From contig OZ231126.1 of NCBI GenBank assembly GCA_965153355.1, positions 13,330,001-13,394,000 on the forward strand: 64,000 nucleotides of DNA. Reading direction: 5' to 3'. Below, in pieces: positions 57,035 to 64,000 of the stretch (positions are counted from its first letter, which is position 1; every line of letters begins with the position of its first letter). Source of the DNA: Flaccisagitta enflata. Its lineage: Eukaryota. The notes below the pieces were generated by a model. The model was given only the letters and a program-made list of their open reading frames with translations, was not told the DNA's origin and did not search any database. The position numbers and the translations under genes were made by a program.

Positions 57035-58147
57035 GAGTATTAGAATTTTCTCATTTTTTGAAAAAAAAAAAAAAAAAAACAAAAAACAAAAACTAAAAAC
57101 AAAAACAAAAACAAGAAAAGAAGCTGTTAAATCACCATTGCACATCATATTGGACAATGTCAAGTTGCAAGTCTTGTTTTAAGTGAGCAGGAGCTGCTTA
57201 TAAATCTATTGTTATCTAATCAATATTCAATAATGAACGAATGAATGAGTGAATGAGTGAATGAACAAATGATTGAATGAATGAATGAATGAATGCGTGA
57301 ATGAATGCATGAACAAATTAATCATTCTTTGAACAGTATGCAGGTTTGATGATTGAATGAACCGACATAAAAGCAAAAGACGTTAAAAACTCAAGTTTTG
57401 GTCATTTTTTTTGCCATTTTACCTATTTTGGGGCCCCTAAATGAGCCCCTCAAGGGGCCCCCAAGCTTTGTTTGTATACCCCACCACTAGATGAGGGTAA
57501 ATAAAATAAAAAATACAAATCTCCAACATCTTGAAAGAGAAAAAGCAAAAAAAAGCTCATTATTTAGGTGATTTTTCTGATTTTTTGCCCTTTGGGGGCC
57601 ATTTAGGGGCCCCTGGAGGGACCCCTTGTGGCCACTGTCATCTATTTATTATTATAAGATATACTACTACTAAATATCCTTCAAACAGGACTAATCCCAA
57701 GGTTTTATATCGATCCAAAAAGAAAATATAAAAAAAAAACAAGGTGAAAAAGCATGAATTTGGCCTTTTTCTGGTGGTGGCTCGAACCCCCTAAAAGGGG
57801 GGTCACTATATGGGCTCCTGGGAAGGGAGATTTGGGAAAAAGGGCACAAACTTTTTTTTATCTCAAACTAGACATAAAAAGTAAACTTTTCACCGATGCC
57901 ATTCTTTCTAGGACGAAAAAAAAGTTTTATTGTCCCATCTATTGGATAGTACCTGACTTGGTAATCCAGTTCTTTATCGTTTTCCGTTACTCATACACTC
58001 TTTGTCGCTAAGGCTGTTTGTCATACTGTCAATCTATCTCTCTGTGCTATCTAGCTGTCTGTCTCTGTCTGTCTCTTTGCCTCTCTATTTCTTTGCCTCT
58101 TTCACATGGTCTCTGCCTCAGTCTGTCTGTCCGTAATGCATTCTTCA

Positions 58148-58194
<47 letters not shown>

Positions 58195-58477
58195 TAAAGA
58201 TGCTTCTAAATCGGAGTTCTTGCCATTCTATCAATCTCCAATATCAGGCATTATCATGACCCAACTCACTCATATTTCCTTCTTCCTAATCTTCCTTCTC
58301 TCTCTCTCTCTCTCTCTTTGTCTCTGATTTCTTGTTCTCCTAAGCCATAGCATGATCAATGGATGTTGGTTTGGTGCCAAGCATTTTAGTAGTTGTCTTC
58401 CACTAAGGCCTCATGAGGGTCAGTCGGTGTGTCTTTAACCACTTTCACTTACCTTACGTAAATAGGATACTGCAATG

Positions 58478-58524
<47 letters not shown>

Positions 58525-58646
58525 GTCGTGTGTGCGTCTTTCTCGCTCAATAACTCTTTCAACCACTTAAACAGCATTTTGGCATCCATTGTTTTTAAAT
58601 GTCAATTTCCTTTTGTAGACTGCCGCGCTCACGAGCTTCTCAGAGA

Positions 58647-58744
<98 letters not shown>

Positions 58745-59886
58745 GTCTTTCAACTTGTTTGTTGGTTCTTGTTTCTTTTTCCGCAATTCTTTGTTGTAGA
58801 CTGTGACAAATGACCTGTCGTTGTTTTACCTTCATGTTCCTTTTGGGGGTCTGTTTGTTTGTTTATTTTTTCATGGTTTCCTTTTTTGTTGGTTAATTCT
58901 ATTTATTCTGCTCTGTTTGTAGTTTCTCCTCAACTTTTACGAGAAACCTTTCGTACTATTGACATTAGTATTGTGCCCACTAACCTGATGCTCGTTTCTT
59001 TCGTTTCATCATCTTCTTAGTTGTATTCTTCTCTCATGTTGTTACGGCTTTCTCTCAGAGTTGTTGTTGTTATTGATGTTGTTGAGTTGTTGTGATTGTT
59101 GTTGCCAAGGTTCTCTCCAGAGAGTCGTTATCATCATCGAGAAAACTATCAACCCGGTATTAGCAAACTGCGAGAAGATAAGGCAGAAAGAAGGGATGTA
59201 AAAAAGAGGCATCGAATACCACAGGTGAAGCAGCCTCACCGCGCACCAAGCATCCGCACCACCAACACTTTTTCATAAGACGTGGGGGTGGTCCATTTAT
59301 CCACCCCCTTCTGACCCCCTCGCAACATTCTTCCCCTCCCCCTCCAGACCGCTCTGCTCTCCTGAAGCGCTGGTTTGTTGTAGTAGTCCGTCTGGAGTCC
59401 GCACAAGTTTTTGAGTTTGACATTTTGAGGACTTTTGTTTTTACTATCATCGGTTTTGAGAGGCCATCTATAGGCCACTTCATGAGGCTTCGGCGGTGCC
59501 AACTGAAAAACGTGATTTATGTCAACTTTCACTCGCTCAAATTTGCGCAGAGTTTTCAAAGTCGGACGGGGGGGGGGGGTCGAGAGCTTGGGGGAAGGGG
59601 GGCAGGGTTAAAGGGAAGATTAAAACGGCCATGTTTTGCTCTTTTGTTCCTTTTGTCATTCTTCTTGTTTTCATTCTTCTCCATTTTTTTTATTTTCAAA
59701 ATTGCTCCCAACCGACATGCAACACTTTGGCCTGGGTAAGGCGATGAGAGGGCAACTGAGCTTGTAACACAGCAACCTTGTATTGGGGAAAGCTCGAAAG
59801 TCATATAATTGAGACATCGAAACAAAGACAAAAGAAAAATACATATAATTGAGACATTTTTTCCTTTCCTTTTTGCCTTTTCTCAG

Positions 59887-59963
59887 ATCACGAAATTGAA
59901 AATCGACTCAAATCCTTTTGCCAAAGGTTTCCGCGACTCTTCGCGTCTCACCGACATCGAAAG
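59887..59963 (+). CDS. Tbx20: Tbx20-type exon ITKLKIDSNPFAKGFRDSSRLTDIE(R), end of the T-box
   Basis: Long polypyrimidine tract then tctcAG ending at 59886; donor GTaagc at 59964; 77 nt. The tail DSSRLTDIER after NPFAKGFRD is characteristic of Tbx20. Confidence 0.95.
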
Positions 59964-59969
59964 GTAAGC

Positions 59970-60200
59970 AAACAAACAAACAACCAAGCAGCAGAGAAAC
60001 CAAAGAAACAAACAAGCAAATGCGCAAAGAAAAGGAAACCAGCATACAGCAACAACAAAAATACAAACAAATAAACAAACAAACAAACAACCAAGCAGCA
60101 GAGAAAACAAGGAAACAAACAAGCAGATACGCAAGAAAAAGGAAACCAGCATGCAGCAACATGAAAAATACAAACAAACAAACAAACAAACAGACAGACA
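59970..60200. repeat. 107-bp direct repeat at the start of the intron
   Basis: CCAAGCAGCAGAGAAA at 59984 and 60091. Confidence 0.8.
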
Positions 60201-60284
60201 AACAAACAAATAACGGTCGGCATTGCCATCAACGTCACTTTGACCTCAAGTCCATAATGTTAGCCATTTCAAAAAGTTTCCTTA

Positions 60285-61090
60285 CGGGTCAGCTGTCAAC
60301 ATCACCTTTACCATCACCATCACCTTCATCATCACCATCACCTTCACTATCACTATCACCTCTAGACAATTATGTTCGTCATCTTGATGTGGCTCCTTGA
60401 GAATCGTTGCGAACCAGTGTCGTCATTGTTACCTCCATCATCACCGTTACTATCATCGTAGTTGCATCATCCTAAAATGTGTCCTTGCGAGTCAGCTGTC
60501 ATGTCACCATCACCTTCATCGTCGTTGTCATCATCACCGTCATCAGCACCGTCGTTCTCATCGTCACCTTCATCATCACCGTCACTCTCACCATACTAGG
60601 TCCATCATGTTCGTCATCTTGAAATGTCTCCATGCGAGTCAGCTGTCACCATCACCTTCACCATCGTTGTCATCATCATCATCACCATCACCGTCGTCGT
60701 CACCGTCACCTTCATCATCACCTTCATCATCACTGTCACTCTCAACATACTAGGTCCATCATGTTCGTCATCTTGAAATGTCTCCATGCGAGTCAGCTGT
60801 CACCATCACATCACCATCACCATCACCGTCGTCGTCACCGTCACCTTCATCATCACCTTCATCATCACCGTCACTCTCACCATACTAGGTCCATCATGTT
60901 CGTCATCTTGAAATGTCTCCATGCGAGTCAGCTGTCACCATCACTATCACCGTCGTTTTCATCATCACCATCACCATCACCGTCGTCGTCACCGTCACCT
61001 TCATCATCACCTTCATCATCACCGTCACTCTCACCATACTAGGTCCATCATGTTCGTCATCTAGAAATGTCTCCTTGCCACCGTCATCGC
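60285..61090. repeat. 135-154-bp tandem repeat with a (TCA/CCA/CCG)n core
   Basis: CATACTAGGTCCATCATGTTCGTCATCT at 60592, 60746, 60881 and 61035, with decayed copies to the left. Confidence 0.9.
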
Positions 61091-61183
61091 ATTAACGGCT
61101 CAAAAGCCAGTCACCGACAGTTTGGCCTTTATCTCTTCTCTCTCTCAGTTCAAGACTTTCCTTTTCCTCTCTCAATCTCATAG

Positions 61184-61225
<42 letters not shown>

Positions 61226-63007
61226 AAGATCCTCTGAATACCAAAAGACTTAACGACTAGTTGACATTTCAAGAAACGAGCTGACGACACAACAACAACA
61301 ACAACAACAAAATAAAAAACAATAACAATAAAACAATAACAATAACATAAATAACAACAACAATAACAATAATAACAATAATAAATAATAAATAACAACA
61401 ATAACACAACAATAAATAACAAATAACACAATAACAACAACAACAACAGAACAACAATAATAACAATAAATAAATAAATAAAATAACAATAACAATAAAA
61501 CAACAATAACAACAACAATAACAAACAACAAAAATAACAACAACAACAAAACAATAAAATAATAAATAAATAAATTACAATAACAACAGCAAAAAACAAC
61601 AATAATAACAAAACAATAACAATAACAAAAATCAAATAAATAACGGTTTACAACAACAACAACAACAACAACAACAGCAACAGCAACAACAACAACAACA
61701 ACAACAACGGAGGGGGTCGTTGAGGAGAAAGAGACGCGTCAAAGAGAAGATAGATAGAAACCCGGACATTTCCTCTTATCTGGTTTTGGTTGGCAAATTA
61801 GCACATGAGTCTTCTTTTGGTCGTTTTTAGCCTCCAATCACTTCCTCTTCTTCTTCCGCTTCTTCTTCTTTTCCTACTTTTTTTTTTTGTTCTTCTTCTT
61901 CTTCTTCCTCTTTTTTTTCTTCATCTTCATCTTCATCTTCATCTTCATCTTCATCTTCATTTTCTTTTTCTTTTTCTTTTTCTTTTTCTTTTTCTTTTTC
62001 TTTTTCTGTTCCTTTTTCTTTTTCTTTTTTTTTTTTTTTTTTTTTTTTTTAGGGTCATCTTGATGGTTCCAAAGGTCAACGGTTTTATTCTCAACCAGGG
62101 TCAACCACCATCGGTTTCCTCTCTCTCTATCGACATGCTATGATAATTACCATACCTTGAACACTGACATGCTAAAATCACCTTTCTGGCTTATACACCG
62201 GCATGCTCTGGATCACCACTTTGCCTATTACTATGCCATGATCACTGAGATGCTGAAATCGACACTTTGCCATGAACTAATGACACGCTACATAAATAAC
62301 TACGCCATGACCACTTACATGATCACTACTATGCCACGAACAGCGCCTTGCCATGATCTCTGTTAAGCTATGATTACCAATATCACAACTTTCACCACTA
62401 AAAGGCGGATATTAAGTTGAGGATTTTAGCTGAATGCTAACACCACTGCTTGGCCAAAACAATCACCCTGCACTCATCAATCTTGCAAAAATCATCATCA
62501 TGCCTTCCCCACTTCCATGCTAGTAACTCCACCATGCTGCTAACTCTTCCTTGCAAAGAGGAGGAGGGGGGGAAATTGACAGTAAGGCAAGAGGTAGGTA
62601 AGGGGGCAGGGAAATCTTGCACGGCGGTTTGTTGTGTAAATGAAGCCAGAAAAAGAGACAAAAAAGCTTAGACGAATTTTCGATGACTAATCAAGAAATT
62701 TACGCCTTTGCTCGTGTTGTGTCCTCATTCTAACATTTCTTATCTTTTCTCTTTTAAAAGAAAAAAAGTTGCAAAAAAGAAGAAAAAAATAGTTGCAAAA
62801 AAAGAGGAAAAAAAAAACAGCTTTGATTTCAAAAGAAAGCAGACATAATTTAATCGAGACGGTGGCCAAAACCGATAAGATTTGCAATTCGCTTTTCCCT
62901 CGATGTCGTCTCATCTTTCACCCAAGTATGTCAAAATGTTATCACTTCCCCCTTCTTTTCTATCATACTTTCTCTTTTTCCTTCTTTTTCTTTCCTTCTT
63001 TCTTTCA

Positions 63008-63190
63008 TTTTTGGTCGCGTGCTACGCGACTCTACACCCCGCTTTGTCGGTCCGTCCGTCGGTCCGTCACACTTTTTCGGCGTTTTTAGGGTTTTTGGCC
63101 TAACTGCTCCGGCCCAAATGCTCTGGTGACCTCAAATATGGCCCTTGCCCACCCGCACGCGACTGGAGTAGCCGTGTATCCAGCCTTGTT
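63008..63190 (+). mobile_element. Family-B element, short
   Basis: TTTTTGGTCGCGTGCTACGCGACTCTACACCCCGCTTTGTC start; GCACGCGACT...CCTTGTT end. Confidence 0.7.
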
Positions 63191-63539
63191 TTTTTCATTC
63201 CTTCTTCCTCATTTTCTATCCTGTTTTTCTGCAGTTCATTCTCCTCCTCCAACCTCTTACCCCTGCTCGATTTCTCCTCCTTCTTCTCCTACTTCTTCTT
63301 CTTCCTCTTCTTCTTCCTTTTCCTCTTCTTCTTCTTCTTCTTCTTCTTCTTTTTCTTTTTCTTCTTCTTCTTCTTCTTCCCCTATCCCCATCACCGCCTC
63401 CATATTCTTCTTTTTTCTTCTCTTTTCCACTAAAAAGTTCTTCCTGACGATTCTTCGCGTCAGCAAAAAAATACGTGAGGTCTCACTTAAAAGGAGAGAA
63501 AAGAAAAGGATAACATCAACGATGACGGAAACCACGAAA

Positions 63540-63622
63540 GCGACAACAACAACAACAACAACAACAACGAGAACAACAACAACAACAGCAACACCAACAA
63601 CAACAACAACAACAACACCACC

Positions 63623-63696
<74 letters not shown>

Positions 63697-63718
63697 CTAC
63701 AACAACAACAAAAACAAT

Positions 63719-63782
<64 letters not shown>

Positions 63783-64000
63783 GCAACAGGAACAACCACA
63801 ACAATAACAACAAATAAACAAAACAATAACAACAATAACAATGACGACAATAAACAAAAACTGCAATAACAACAACAACAATGACAACAATAACAAGAAT
63901 ATAACAACAGTAACCAAAACAAAAACAACGACGACGACAACAACAAATAACAACAATAAATAAATAAATAAAATAAATAAATAACAACAATAAACAACAA
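63540..64000. repeat. (AAC)n / (AAT)n compound microsatellite; similar tract at 61290-61710
   Basis: Direct reading. Confidence 0.95.

Larger units (their letters stand above)
54020..57941. mobile_element. hAT-superfamily (hATm-like) DNA transposon, internally deleted, with long TIRs
   Basis: Termini are TAGATGGGACAATAAAAC...GTTTTATTGTCCCATCTA. Perfect 8-bp TSD TTGGATAG at 54012-54019 and 57942-57949. Arms of about 550 bp (about 54020-54575 and 57390-57941) are highly similar inverted repeats, with weaker similarity further in. A transposase remnant lies inside. Confidence 0.9.

Noticed and set aside
60397-61095. His-rich and Ser/Pro-rich ORFs as the next Tbx20 exon
   Set aside because: They lie in a 135-154-bp tandem repeat, shift frame between units and have no convincing acceptor.

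Overview
Animal (probably arthropod, crustacean-like) genomic DNA, very rich in microsatellites. Nearly all ORFs in the supplied track are artefacts of simple repeats. The one host gene I can support is a Tbx20/H15/midline-type T-box gene on the + strand, with four coding exons (49362-49463, 49885-50056, 50425-50643, 59887-59963). I did not find its first T-box exon or its 3' exons. The most notable feature lies in the 9.2-kb intron 50644-59886: a 3.9-kb hAT-like DNA transposon (54020-57941) with long TIRs and a perfect 8-bp TSD. It holds the C-terminal remnant of a hATm-type transposase and, head-to-head with it, a frameshifted gene resembling Tpt1/KptA (NAD+-dependent RNA 2'-phosphotransferase, ADP-ribosyltransferase fold). 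This suggests a transposon family carrying an ART-fold cargo gene. Also present are a four-level nest of transposons (41555-44161), many Helentron/DINE-1-like non-autonomous elements, a TIR element embedded in a (TA)n tract, duplicated splice sites around one T-box exon, and many minisatellites and local duplications. All protein family calls come from reading motifs by eye; no searches were run.
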